From Escherichia virus TH57, in sequence record MT446422.1: a stretch of 64,000 nt of DNA; one strand, 5' to 3'. Below, piece by piece: positions 20,390 to 28,419 of the stretch (the first letter of the stretch is position 1; every line of letters begins with the position of its first letter). The translations under genes were made by a program, and so were the position numbers. The notes beneath the pieces are model-generated. The model did not search any database. It was not told the DNA's origin and saw only the letters and a program-made list of their open reading frames with translations.

Positions 20390-20551
20390 ATGGCTAAGAA
20401 AGAAGTTAAAGTTGTTGATGGCTCCTCCAAACGCGCTGGTTACAAGCGTGCGTCCAACAAGCGAATCAATCAGGTGACTGATAAACTTCAGGCTCGTGCT
20501 CGTGCGGTATTGCGTGCCGATGCAGCTTGCTTTGGTAAGCCGAAAGCATAA
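20390..20551 (+). CDS. small basic protein (53 aa), hypothetical
   Basis: Read from sequence: MAKKEVKVVDGSSKRAGYKRASNKR...; below the track size cutoff; followed at once by a strong terminator; SD weak. Confidence 0.3.
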   Translation: MAKKEVKVVDGSSKRAGYKRASNKRINQVTDKLQARARAVLRADAACFGKPKA

Positions 20552-20556
20552 GTTCA

Positions 20557-20581
20557 GGGGCTCTTCGGAGCCCTTTTTTTT
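20557..20581 (+). terminator. Rho-independent terminator
   Basis: GGGCTC-TTCG-GAGCCC hairpin plus 8-T run. Confidence 0.65.
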
Positions 20582-20594
20582 CTAGGAAAATATT

Positions 20595-20951
20595 ATGAAC
20601 GATAGATACAATCACACGTTTACTACACCGCGTGGAGCATCGTATGCAGCGCCTGGTCTGGAGCCATACAATGCAATTCCGGAACATCATCCTGCTGCAT
20701 ATGTTCCACCAAGCCCTCCGATATACACACCACCTGCGAAACCGTATGACGATGCAATTTATCTTGTCGCTTTCTTAAGTGAAGCTGGTACACAAGACCG
20801 GGGCTGTCAACGTTCTGGTTTGCTTACTGAACTGGAAGCACATAAACGCGCCAGAGAATGGATTGAGACAAATCCAAAGGGTGAAGCTATTGTAATGAAA
20901 GCCAAAAACTTCTATACAGCTGAAGTAACCCATAAAATAATTATCAAATGA
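20595..20951 (+). CDS. hypothetical protein (Pro-rich N-terminal half)
   Basis: 118-aa ORF between two terminators. Confidence 0.4.
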   Translation: MNDRYNHTFTTPRGASYAAPGLEPYNAIPEHHPAAYVPPSPPIYTPPAKPYDDAIYLVAFLSEAGTQDRGCQRSGLLTELEAHKRAREWIETNPKGEAIVMKAKNFYTAEVTHKIIIK

Positions 20952-20976
20952 CTCCTTCGGGAGTCTTTTTTTTTTT
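20950..20976 (+). terminator. Rho-independent terminator
   Basis: GACTCC-TTCG-GGAGTC hairpin plus 11-T run. Confidence 0.7.
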
Positions 20977-20985
20977 CATAAAAGG

Positions 20986-21014
20986 TGTACAACAGGATTT
21001 GCCCAGTGCATAAT
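20986..21014 (+). promoter_or_regulatory. T4-type early promoter (second copy of the 2644-2672 cassette)
   Basis: TGTACA, 17 nt, CATAAT; 27-nt block GCATAATGATTCCATACTGAGTTACAC identical to 2666-2692. Confidence 0.55.
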
Positions 21015-21055
21015 GATTCCATACTGAGTTACACAATAAAACACTGGAGAATAAA

Positions 21056-21424
21056 ATGAAAATCAATCTTAACTCATACATCAAAGGTAAAGACCACGAC
21101 GGTTACAAAGCCATTGAAACTAAAGAGATGCAATGGCACTTGTATAAAGAACAGTTTGAATTTGTTGGTTGCATGACTCCTGAAGGTCCTTCTGATGACT
21201 TCTCTTGGAAAATTATGGTAACAAACTTTTTTACTGGTGATACCTACGAACTGAAAACTATCATAACCGGTAAGATTCGTTGTAAGACCTATGAAGATGA
21301 AGAAACTGGTTATTCTGAAGATGTTACATGGTATCAAAATGGTCGCAATACTGCTGATGATTTGATTGAAAAAATGAAAGCTAAGGGTGAATTAAATTTA
21401 GATAATTGGATTAAAGTCGCATAA
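21056..21424 (+). CDS. hypothetical protein
   Basis: 122-aa ORF, SD GGAGAA. Confidence 0.4.
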   Translation: MKINLNSYIKGKDHDGYKAIETKEMQWHLYKEQFEFVGCMTPEGPSDDFSWKIMVTNFFTGDTYELKTIITGKIRCKTYEDEETGYSEDVTWYQNGRNTADDLIEKMKAKGELNLDNWIKVA

Positions 21425-21428
21425 AACA

Positions 21429-21468
21429 GTTTACTTTGGTACAGGTTATGATATTATAGACCTGTACC
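21429..21468 (+). promoter_or_regulatory. T4-type early promoter with 9-bp perfect inverted repeat across the -10
   Basis: GTTTAC, 17 nt, TATTAT; GGTACAGGT ... ACCTGTACC flank the -10. Confidence 0.45.
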
Positions 21469-21495
21469 AACAAATGAAAACAACTGGAGAATAAA

Positions 21496-21861
21496 ATGAA
21501 CTACATCAACTTTGAACGCAAATATGTTTCTATCAGTGCAGTTGGTTCTAACGAGTATATGAGCTTATGGGAACATAAAAATGGTTCGGTATGTGAAATT
21601 GACCATTGGGTTTCTCCTGATTATGTTTATATGCGATTTGAAAATGGTATCACCCTTTCAATCACTAAAGAAGGTTCTACTTTTAAAATCGCGTTAGATG
21701 ATGATTTCCGTGAACGTGATTTAGGAACTCATCCTTGCTGGAATGGTGTTAATCGCAAGCTTCTGGTTAAAACTTGGATTCGTCACATCCTGAGCAATAA
21801 AGCAAAACCTGAACACCTGGAAGCAATCTTTGATGTAGTTCTTAATGAATTTGATATCTAA
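21496..21861 (+). CDS. hypothetical protein
   Basis: 121-aa ORF, SD GGAGAA. Confidence 0.4.
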   Translation: MNYINFERKYVSISAVGSNEYMSLWEHKNGSVCEIDHWVSPDYVYMRFENGITLSITKEGSTFKIALDDDFRERDLGTHPCWNGVNRKLLVKTWIRHILSNKAKPEHLEAIFDVVLNEFDI

Positions 21862-21899
21862 TCTTAAATGGGGGCGAAAGCCCCTTTGAGGAAAATACT

Positions 21900-22187
21900 A
21901 TGTTTATGACTACTTACTTTGATACACGTAAAAATTTCTGTGAAGTTGTTTTCTCTAAAAAAGGCCCTAATGTTCCTGCTGGGTGTGAACCAACACGCGA
22001 TTCCATTAAGAACTATGTTGATGTAGTTTGTCCACTAGAATTCAGGACTGTTAATGGACGCGATACTCTGGCAATCACCAAGCTTAGACGCGACATTGAT
22101 ATTGACCCAATTGCTGCGCGGGAAATTAATTCATCTGATATTAATGGTAAAAATGTTAAATCACGCGGTTTCCTGACGAGGTTCTAA
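21900..22187 (+). CDS. hypothetical protein
   Basis: 95-aa ORF, SD GAGGAAAA. Confidence 0.4.
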   Translation: MFMTTYFDTRKNFCEVVFSKKGPNVPAGCEPTRDSIKNYVDVVCPLEFRTVNGRDTLAITKLRRDIDIDPIAAREINSSDINGKNVKSRGFLTRF

Positions 22188-22381
22188 TGAAATTATTCTT
22201 ATCACAAACTGTTCAGTTAAAAGGTGTGGGTATTCCTGGAATGATTTCAAAGGTCCTGCCTGCTTTTAAATTCGGGGGTATTGTAATTAAAGAAGCGTAT
22301 TTAGTCTTGTGGGTTGATGGAACTGAAGACCTTCGCATGGGTGGTGAGTTGTCTGTAATCAAATGTTTAAAGCGAGGCTAA
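22187..22381 (+). CDS. hypothetical protein
   Basis: 64-aa ORF with overlapping stop/start. Confidence 0.35.
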   Translation: MKLFLSQTVQLKGVGIPGMISKVLPAFKFGGIVIKEAYLVLWVDGTEDLRMGGELSVIKCLKRG

Positions 22382-22382
22382 T

Positions 22383-22595
22383 ATGTTTAAGAAATTGATT
22401 CAGAAGATTTTGGGCACAGAAATGGTTGAAGTGACTTATCGCGTGACCGACGTAAGTCCATGGGCCCGAAATATTGAACCATATACTAAAACAATTAAAA
22501 TGCTGAAATCTGACGGCGGATTATCTATTAAAGACCGTCTACCTGGTTATGGTCATTGGGCTGATGTAGAGATTATCAGTGTCAAAGATATTTAA
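22383..22595 (+). CDS. hypothetical 70-aa protein, tandem paralog A
   Basis: MFKKLIQKILGTEMVEVTYRVTD...SIKDRLPGYGHW...IISVKDI parallels the next ORF. Confidence 0.45.
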   Translation: MFKKLIQKILGTEMVEVTYRVTDVSPWARNIEPYTKTIKMLKSDGGLSIKDRLPGYGHWADVEIISVKDI

Positions 22596-22604
22596 GGAAC
22601 CTTC

Positions 22605-22817
22605 ATGATTAATAAATTATTTAAAAAGCTGTTTGGCTTGGAAATGGTTGAAGTGACTTATCGTGTTATTGATTTATCACCGCCATATGCTTGCGATGAA
22701 GATGCTATTAAAACTGTTGTTATGCGAAAAACATATCGCGGGCGGTCAATTAAAGAAAGATTGCCAGACCATGGCATGTGGTATGCAACCAAGATTATCA
22801 GTGTCAAAGATGTCTGA
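22605..22817 (+). CDS. hypothetical 70-aa protein, tandem paralog B
   Basis: MINKLFKKLFGLEMVEVTYRVID...SIKERLPDHGMW...IISVKDV. Confidence 0.45.
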   Translation: MINKLFKKLFGLEMVEVTYRVIDLSPPYACDEDAIKTVVMRKTYRGRSIKERLPDHGMWYATKIISVKDV

Positions 22818-23268
22818 GTTAGAAATCAGAAGTAATTTTCCGTGGCCATCATGTGCATTAAGTAACTTTGCTAAATGGCCTTTTGTTATGGAGGGTATCC
22901 AGTTTGGAGGTCTTGAAGGCTTCCTACAAGGATGCAAGGTGAGAAATGTTGAACAACAAAAACGTATATTTGGGATGTCCGGATTGGCCGCCCAGCAAAG
23001 TGGAAGAGCTTATGCAAGAGCTGCGGACCGTGGGACGCTTTTCTGGTGTGGAATTCCCTTTTCAAGATACTCTACAGCATGGAAAGAGTTGTATACAAAT
23101 GCATATTTTGAAGCAGCGCTCCAAAACAGAGGGTTTCGCGATGCGTTACAATCCACAAAAGGCAAAGTTTTAAAGCATTCGATGGCAAGTCACCTTACTG
23201 TTCATGATACAATATTGACTGAACAAGAATTTATTGACATACTTAACCAATTGAGAGATGCATTATGA
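22810..23268 (+). CDS. NADAR-like (YbiA-like) domain protein, candidate ADP-ribose/N-glycoside hydrolase
   Basis: 152 aa from Met 50 of track ORF 22663..23268; LSNFAKWPF, EGFLQGCK and YFEAALQNRGFRDALQST resemble YbiA/NADAR blocks as recalled; start overlaps upstream stop. Confidence 0.45.
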   Translation: MSELEIRSNFPWPSCALSNFAKWPFVMEGIQFGGLEGFLQGCKVRNVEQQKRIFGMSGLAAQQSGRAYARAADRGTLFWCGIPFSRYSTAWKELYTNAYFEAALQNRGFRDALQSTKGKVLKHSMASHLTVHDTILTEQEFIDILNQLRDAL

Positions 23269-24089
23269 AACCCGTTATTTTAACAGATATTGATGGCGTA
23301 TGTTTGTCATGGCAGTCTGGCTTGCCTTATTTCGCTCAAAAATATAATTTACCCCTGGAACACATCCTTAAGATGATTCAGGATGAAAAATTTGTGACCC
23401 CTGGTAAACTTTTCAATTGTGATGAAGAGTTAGGCGCGCAGTTAATTGAAAAATATAACTGTTCGGACTTTATTCGCTATTTGTCTCCTTATGCGGATGC
23501 ATTAAGGGTTATTAATAACATTAAAGAGCAATATGATTTTGTGGCTGTTACAGCACTGGGTGATTCTATTGATGCTCGCCTGAATCGTCAATTCAACCTG
23601 AATGCTTTGTTCCCTGGGGCATTTAAAGAAGTGATGATGTGTGGTCATACAGCCTCTAAAGAGGAGTTATTTCAGAAGGCAAAAGACAAATATAATGTCA
23701 TTTGTTATATTGATGACCTTGCGCACCATTGCGACCATGCGAGTGAAATTCTTGAGGTTCCTGTTTATTGGATGGCCCGCGGCGAACGTGATGCTATTCC
23801 TAAAACAGCTTCCAAAGTTTTTAATTGGGACGATGTTGCTGGACAGCTTAAACTGAAACACAAAGATGAACCGGTCAAACCAGAATTCACCCCAGATGAA
23901 CTCCGTAAACTGGAAGAGCTGTTTCGTGAAACTCGCCGTCTTCAACAACAAATGCAACAAGGCTGGCAACCAGGTCAACCATGGACTCCTGGTTATAATC
24001 CAGCATATCCATATCAATATGGCCAGCGTGTGGGTACTGGTATTGAATATTGGTACAATCAACCGACCGGTGGCCAAGGGGGTAATTGA
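23265..24089 (+). CDS. HAD-superfamily phosphatase-like protein with Gln/Pro/Tyr-rich C-terminal tail
   Basis: 274 aa; N-terminal HAD motif I ILTDIDGV; C-terminal low-complexity QQQMQQGWQPGQPWTPGYNPAYPYQYGQ; ATGA overlap with NADAR-like gene. Confidence 0.45.
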   Translation: MKPVILTDIDGVCLSWQSGLPYFAQKYNLPLEHILKMIQDEKFVTPGKLFNCDEELGAQLIEKYNCSDFIRYLSPYADALRVINNIKEQYDFVAVTALGDSIDARLNRQFNLNALFPGAFKEVMMCGHTASKEELFQKAKDKYNVICYIDDLAHHCDHASEILEVPVYWMARGERDAIPKTASKVFNWDDVAGQLKLKHKDEPVKPEFTPDELRKLEELFRETRRLQQQMQQGWQPGQPWTPGYNPAYPYQYGQRVGTGIEYWYNQPTGGQGGN

Positions 24090-24367
24090 TGTTTGTCGTT
24101 CATACTATTTCTGATTATGGTCCTACTACTACCATGGATTATGGCCATGTTAATCAGTTTATTCGTCATGTGAATCATGATTACTCGTTTGATATTAACC
24201 CAGCCAAAGACCATCCGGTTTGGCGTGAATGCGTTGAGCAAGGGTTTATCTATGTTCACTTTATGTCTAAGTTTAAACCAGATGGGCGAATGAGATTTGT
24301 GTTCTCTTATCATAAGCGTCTGGATTTGCTTTTGGAAGATGTGGCATATAATAGAGCCAACGACTAA
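24086..24367 (+). CDS. hypothetical protein
   Basis: 93-aa ORF coupled between the HAD-like gene and ligase. Confidence 0.4.
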   Translation: MMFVVHTISDYGPTTTMDYGHVNQFIRHVNHDYSFDINPAKDHPVWRECVEQGFIYVHFMSKFKPDGRMRFVFSYHKRLDLLLEDVAYNRAND

Positions 24368-24370
24368 GAG

Positions 24371-25918
24371 GTGATTATGATTTTAGATATTTTAAATGAA
24401 ATTGCTGCAACCGATTCCACTAAAGAGAAACAAGCTATCCTGGAATCGTATTCTGACAATGAAACCCTTAAACGCGTGTATCGTTTGACATATTCCAAAG
24501 GCATCCAGTTCTATATCAAGAAATGGCCAAAACCTGGGACAACGACTCAAAGCTTTGGTATGTTGAATATCGATGATATGCTTGACTTTATCGAATTTAC
24601 ATTGGCCTCTCGCAAATTGACAGGTAATGCTGCAATCGAGGAATTATCTGGCTATATTGCTGATGGTAAAAAAGCAGATGTTGAAGTTCTTCGCCGTGTG
24701 ATGATGCGTGACCTGGAATGCGGGGCATCCGTATCAATTGCAAATAAGGTTTGGAAAGGTTTAATTCCTGAACAACCGCAGATGCTTGCTTCTTCCTATG
24801 ATGAAGCCGGTATTGCCAAGAACATTAAGTTCCCGGCCTTTGCGCAATTGAAAGCCGACGGTGCTCGGTGTTTTGCAGAAGTTCGTGGCGATGAGTTGGA
24901 TGATGTTCGATTGTTATCCCGAGCTGGCAACGAATACCTCAAGCTTGACCTCCTTAAAAAGGAATTAATTGAAGCCACCCGTGAAGCGCGTGAGAGACAC
25001 CCTGAGGGCGTTTTAATTGATGGTGAGTTAGTATACCATGAACAGAAAGTAGCTCCCCAGAATGACGGTTTGGGCTTCCTTTTTGACGATATGCCTGAGC
25101 TTAGCAAGGCAAAAGAATTCGAGGAATTCGCGGAATCAAGAACCTTTTCAAATGGTCTGGCAAACAAATCATTGAAAGGAACTATTTCTGCAGCAGAAGC
25201 TTCTTGCATGAAATTCCAGGTTTGGGATTATGTTCCGCTGATTGAAGTCTATTCTGATGTTAAGATTCTCAATCCGTTGAAATACGATGTGCGTTTTGCT
25301 GTTCTGGAAAAAATGATTGCAGATAACGTGGTGCTGCACGGTTTTGACCGCATGATTCTGATTGAAAACCATGTTGTTAACAATCTCGATGAAGCGAAGG
25401 TTATCTATAAGAAATATGTGGATGAAGGTCTTGAAGGTATTATCCTTAAGAACATGGCATCGATTTGGGAAAACAAGCGCTCCAAGAACTTGTACAAGTT
25501 CAAAGAAGTAATTGACATTGCAATGGAAATCATTGGATATTACGAGCACGATAAAGACCCGAATAAGATTGGCGGTGTTGTGCTTCGTTCTTCTTGTGGT
25601 AAGATTACGAATAACTGTGGTTCTGGTTTTAAAGACACAACTCAAGTCAAAGATAAGAAAACCAAAAAATGGGTTACTATTCCGATTGAGAAGCGTCATG
25701 AAATGGACCGTGAAGCCTTGATGGTTAAAGCTCGTAAAGGTGAATTGGTTGGAATGATTGCTGACTGTGAATGTAATGGTTGGGTGACTTCCGAGACTCG
25801 TAAAGATAATACGGTTGCATTGTTCCTGCCGATTATCAAAGGGTTCCGTTTCGATAAAGACCATGCAGACACATTCGAAGATGTATTTGGCGACTGGTCA
25901 AAGACTGGGTTAAAATAA
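24371..25918 (+). CDS. 30: ATP-dependent DNA ligase
   Basis: 515 aa; ILNEIAATDSTKEKQAILE, adenylation motif FAQLKADGARCFAEV, VLIDGELV, GLEGIILK; long stretches match T4 gp30. Confidence 0.95.
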   Translation: MIMILDILNEIAATDSTKEKQAILESYSDNETLKRVYRLTYSKGIQFYIKKWPKPGTTTQSFGMLNIDDMLDFIEFTLASRKLTGNAAIEELSGYIADGKKADVEVLRRVMMRDLECGASVSIANKVWKGLIPEQPQMLASSYDEAGIAKNIKFPAFAQLKADGARCFAEVRGDELDDVRLLSRAGNEYLKLDLLKKELIEATREARERHPEGVLIDGELVYHEQKVAPQNDGLGFLFDDMPELSKAKEFEEFAESRTFSNGLANKSLKGTISAAEASCMKFQVWDYVPLIEVYSDVKILNPLKYDVRFAVLEKMIADNVVLHGFDRMILIENHVVNNLDEAKVIYKKYVDEGLEGIILKNMASIWENKRSKNLYKFKEVIDIAMEIIGYYEHDKDPNKIGGVVLRSSCGKITNNCGSGFKDTTQVKDKKTKKWVTIPIEKRHEMDREALMVKARKGELVGMIADCECNGWVTSETRKDNTVALFLPIIKGFRFDKDHADTFEDVFGDWSKTGLK

Positions 25919-25923
25919 CAAAA

Positions 25924-25941
25924 GGGCTTCGGCCCTTTTTT
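25924..25941 (+). terminator. Rho-independent terminator after ligase
   Basis: GGGCTTCGGCCC hairpin plus TTTTTT. Confidence 0.65.
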
Positions 25942-25943
25942 AG

Positions 25944-25951
25944 TATAAATA
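25944..25951 (+). promoter_or_regulatory. T4 late promoter (TATAAATA) for alt
   Basis: Plus-strand TATAAATA ~25 nt upstream of the alt ATG. Confidence 0.5.
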
Positions 25952-25976
25952 CATAATATTTTATAAGGAACCTATT

Positions 25977-28037
25977 ATGTCTGAACAATTAAATGAACTC
26001 TTTGACAAATATATCGAAGCCTTCGGTTATCCTGTCATTAATATGAATCCAAAATACAAGGTCCCGCAGGTTTGGCAATTCGGTGTTCCTGGGACCAATT
26101 CTCTTATGGCCCGTTTGATGCAATTCACGGGCAAAGAAACAGTTAAACAATATAAACGTGGCGATGCAATTGCCGAGGTATTCCTGTTATCCGGGACTTC
26201 ACACGGCCACGCTGTTCCTCTGAAGGGTGGTCTAGGTGAAAAACCTCTTGACGCGATTAACCTGATTTTTGTTACAGTCTGGGAAAGCATTAAACTAGGT
26301 AAACCTGATGTAGTCTTGTTCCGTTTCCCATCCAAAAAGATGAAAGGACAAGACCAAGCTGTTATTCGTATTATGAATCGACTGATTCAAATGAAAACCA
26401 GCGGGCGTTATCATGTTCTTCCGAATGCTTCTGGCCTCGGTAAAAAGAACGCTTATGTAATTATGTACAAAAAGGGTGTTGACCTGCTTTCGGTTGATGG
26501 TATGCCACCAGTCCCTGAGAAATATCAAAAAGTTGAAACTAAAGTTGGCGATGTATTCACCAATAAAGATACAGGCGCGCAAGTCTCCAAACAAGAAATC
26601 GCAGCCGAAGTTCTGATTGACGCAGCAAACAAAAAGACCGATGCGGCTGTTGCACAGAAAACAAAAATCAGCCGCCGAGCTATTGCACAAGCCCAGTACG
26701 CTCCAAGTGATTCCGTGCCAGAAGGTTGGGACGAAATTGATGCAGAAGCTGCTAAGTTTAGTCGACCGGCTACAGCAGAACTTATTGATGATTATGAAGA
26801 ACTGGAAATTTTTGTTCGACCTTCCGAAACGAATACTATGGCTCGTATGCGCGCAGCAGATACGGCTATGCGTGCAAATGGTGTTTGGAAAGAAGAAATT
26901 CGTGTTGAAGACTCCGACCCAATTTTTAACCGTATGCATCGCGAACTTAAACGTGCCCCAGTTGGTAGTATGAAGCAGATGCAGATTTTTGCCGAATCAT
27001 GTGCAGAGATTCTTAACCTTCGCAAAGCCGCATTTATCGAAAGAAAAATGAATGATGCTCCTCCTAACCTGGATGCAGCCACTTATGCAGCCACGCTCTG
27101 GGAAGAAGAATACACAAGCGCCATTCGTGTTGCAGTTAAAGACTTTGCAGAAGAAGCATCAGAAAATACTCTTAATTTCACAGCAGGGTATACTGACAAC
27201 CGTTTCCATTATGGCCAGCGTGAAGCAATTGCAGATTATTGTGGAGCCAACTATGTCGATATTAATAATTATTTGATGGGTAATTATTATGAAGAAGACG
27301 CCGAATTCCTAAATCTAGACAGAGTTGTCGAAACAATTAAGGAATTGGATTCGGCCTTTGAAATTGGACATAAGTTGCCACCTAATACAACTCTTTGGCG
27401 TGGTCAATATTTAAACGTTCCTACATTTAATAAAATTAAACAGTCGAAATTATTTTATTTTAGGAACTATGTATCAACATCATTTAAACCAATTATCTTT
27501 GGTGGCTGGGTGGCGAACGTTGCTATGGCCGCAGTTCATCAGGACTATCGCGACGGGACATCTTTCCAGGCTGATGACGAAATTGTTTTACCAAATATCC
27601 CAGGTGCAAACCCGGACAACGCAATGATTCATGTCGGTTGGAAAATTTCTGGGGCAGACTTAATTAACGTAATTGTTCCTGGGGAATTGTCAGGCAACCC
27701 ATCCGAGCAGGAAGTTATTCTTCCACGTGGAACTGTAGTTAAGATTACCAAAATTACGGATGCTTCGTATAAAGGAAACGCGAACGTCAAAATGCTGGAA
27801 GCTGATATCCAGACCACTGACCAACTGGATGAAAATGCAGTTATCTATGATGGTGATGTGTTGATGGAAACTGGTGAGCTTGTCGTTTATCAGGGCGAGG
27901 AATCAGAAGAGCCAGTAGAATCTGTTGACTTTGCATCGTTTGCATCCTCCGGGGTGACGAAGAAAGTCAATCAAGGTCTTGGTATTCTTGCTAGTTGTAT
28001 TAATTTGGAAGCTATTCCTCCTAAATTCCTTTCGTAG
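25977..28037 (+). CDS. alt: ADP-ribosyltransferase Alt (virion-packaged, modifies host RNA polymerase)
   Basis: 686 aa; ART-type motifs (NYVSTSF with STS, EQEVILPRG with catalytic Glu); position after ligase as in T4. Confidence 0.8.
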   Translation: MSEQLNELFDKYIEAFGYPVINMNPKYKVPQVWQFGVPGTNSLMARLMQFTGKETVKQYKRGDAIAEVFLLSGTSHGHAVPLKGGLGEKPLDAINLIFVTVWESIKLGKPDVVLFRFPSKKMKGQDQAVIRIMNRLIQMKTSGRYHVLPNASGLGKKNAYVIMYKKGVDLLSVDGMPPVPEKYQKVETKVGDVFTNKDTGAQVSKQEIAAEVLIDAANKKTDAAVAQKTKISRRAIAQAQYAPSDSVPEGWDEIDAEAAKFSRPATAELIDDYEELEIFVRPSETNTMARMRAADTAMRANGVWKEEIRVEDSDPIFNRMHRELKRAPVGSMKQMQIFAESCAEILNLRKAAFIERKMNDAPPNLDAATYAATLWEEEYTSAIRVAVKDFAEEASENTLNFTAGYTDNRFHYGQREAIADYCGANYVDINNYLMGNYYEEDAEFLNLDRVVETIKELDSAFEIGHKLPPNTTLWRGQYLNVPTFNKIKQSKLFYFRNYVSTSFKPIIFGGWVANVAMAAVHQDYRDGTSFQADDEIVLPNIPGANPDNAMIHVGWKISGADLINVIVPGELSGNPSEQEVILPRGTVVKITKITDASYKGNANVKMLEADIQTTDQLDENAVIYDGDVLMETGELVVYQGEESEEPVESVDFASFASSGVTKKVNQGLGILASCINLEAIPPKFLS

Positions 28038-28041
28038 GGGG

Positions 28042-28070
28042 TTTACAAGCACAAGGAAGTGCGATACAAT
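28042..28070 (+). promoter_or_regulatory. T4-type early promoter
   Basis: TTTACA, 17 nt, TACAAT. Confidence 0.45.
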
Positions 28071-28101
28071 GTTCATATTAATTGCACATGAGGAAAACAA
28101 A

Positions 28102-28392
28102 ATGAAATCATCTTTTCGCTTTAATGGCCAGGAACTGGTAGTTGAGAATGTTATCCCGGCTTCAGAAGAGTTTGACAGCGCAGTGGGTAATGAATTACGC
28201 CGTGTATTTGGTGAAGATAAGAAGTTTGACCTTCGCCCTGTTGAAAACTTTGTAAATTCTGAACAAACAGAAAATATTTTTAATGGCGTAGTAACTGGAC
28301 AACTTGAATCTGAAGCACCAATTGCAATTACAGTATTTGCTAAGAAAGAAGCTGTAATGACTGCAGCAGGTTTCATTTCATTCCGCAAATAA
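28102..28392 (+). CDS. hypothetical protein
   Basis: Track ORF 27979..28392 overlaps the alt 3' end; start placed at Met 42 after SD GAGGAAAA. Confidence 0.4.
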   Translation: MKSSFRFNGQELVVENVIPASEEFDSAVGNELRRVFGEDKKFDLRPVENFVNSEQTENIFNGVVTGQLESEAPIAITVFAKKEAVMTAAGFISFRK

Positions 28393-28418
28393 AAAAGGGA
28401 CCTTCGGGTCCCTTTTTT
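28391..28418. terminator. Bidirectional hairpin terminator between the early block and gene 54
   Basis: A-run, GGGACC-TTCG-GGTCCC, T-run; stem identical to the hairpins at 2607 and 40363. Confidence 0.7.
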
Positions 28419-28419
28419 A

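Noticed and set aside
25169-25864. 231-aa minus-strand ORF antisense to DNA ligase
   Set aside because: Falls within gene 30 on the opposite strand; no SD or promoter; shadow ORF.
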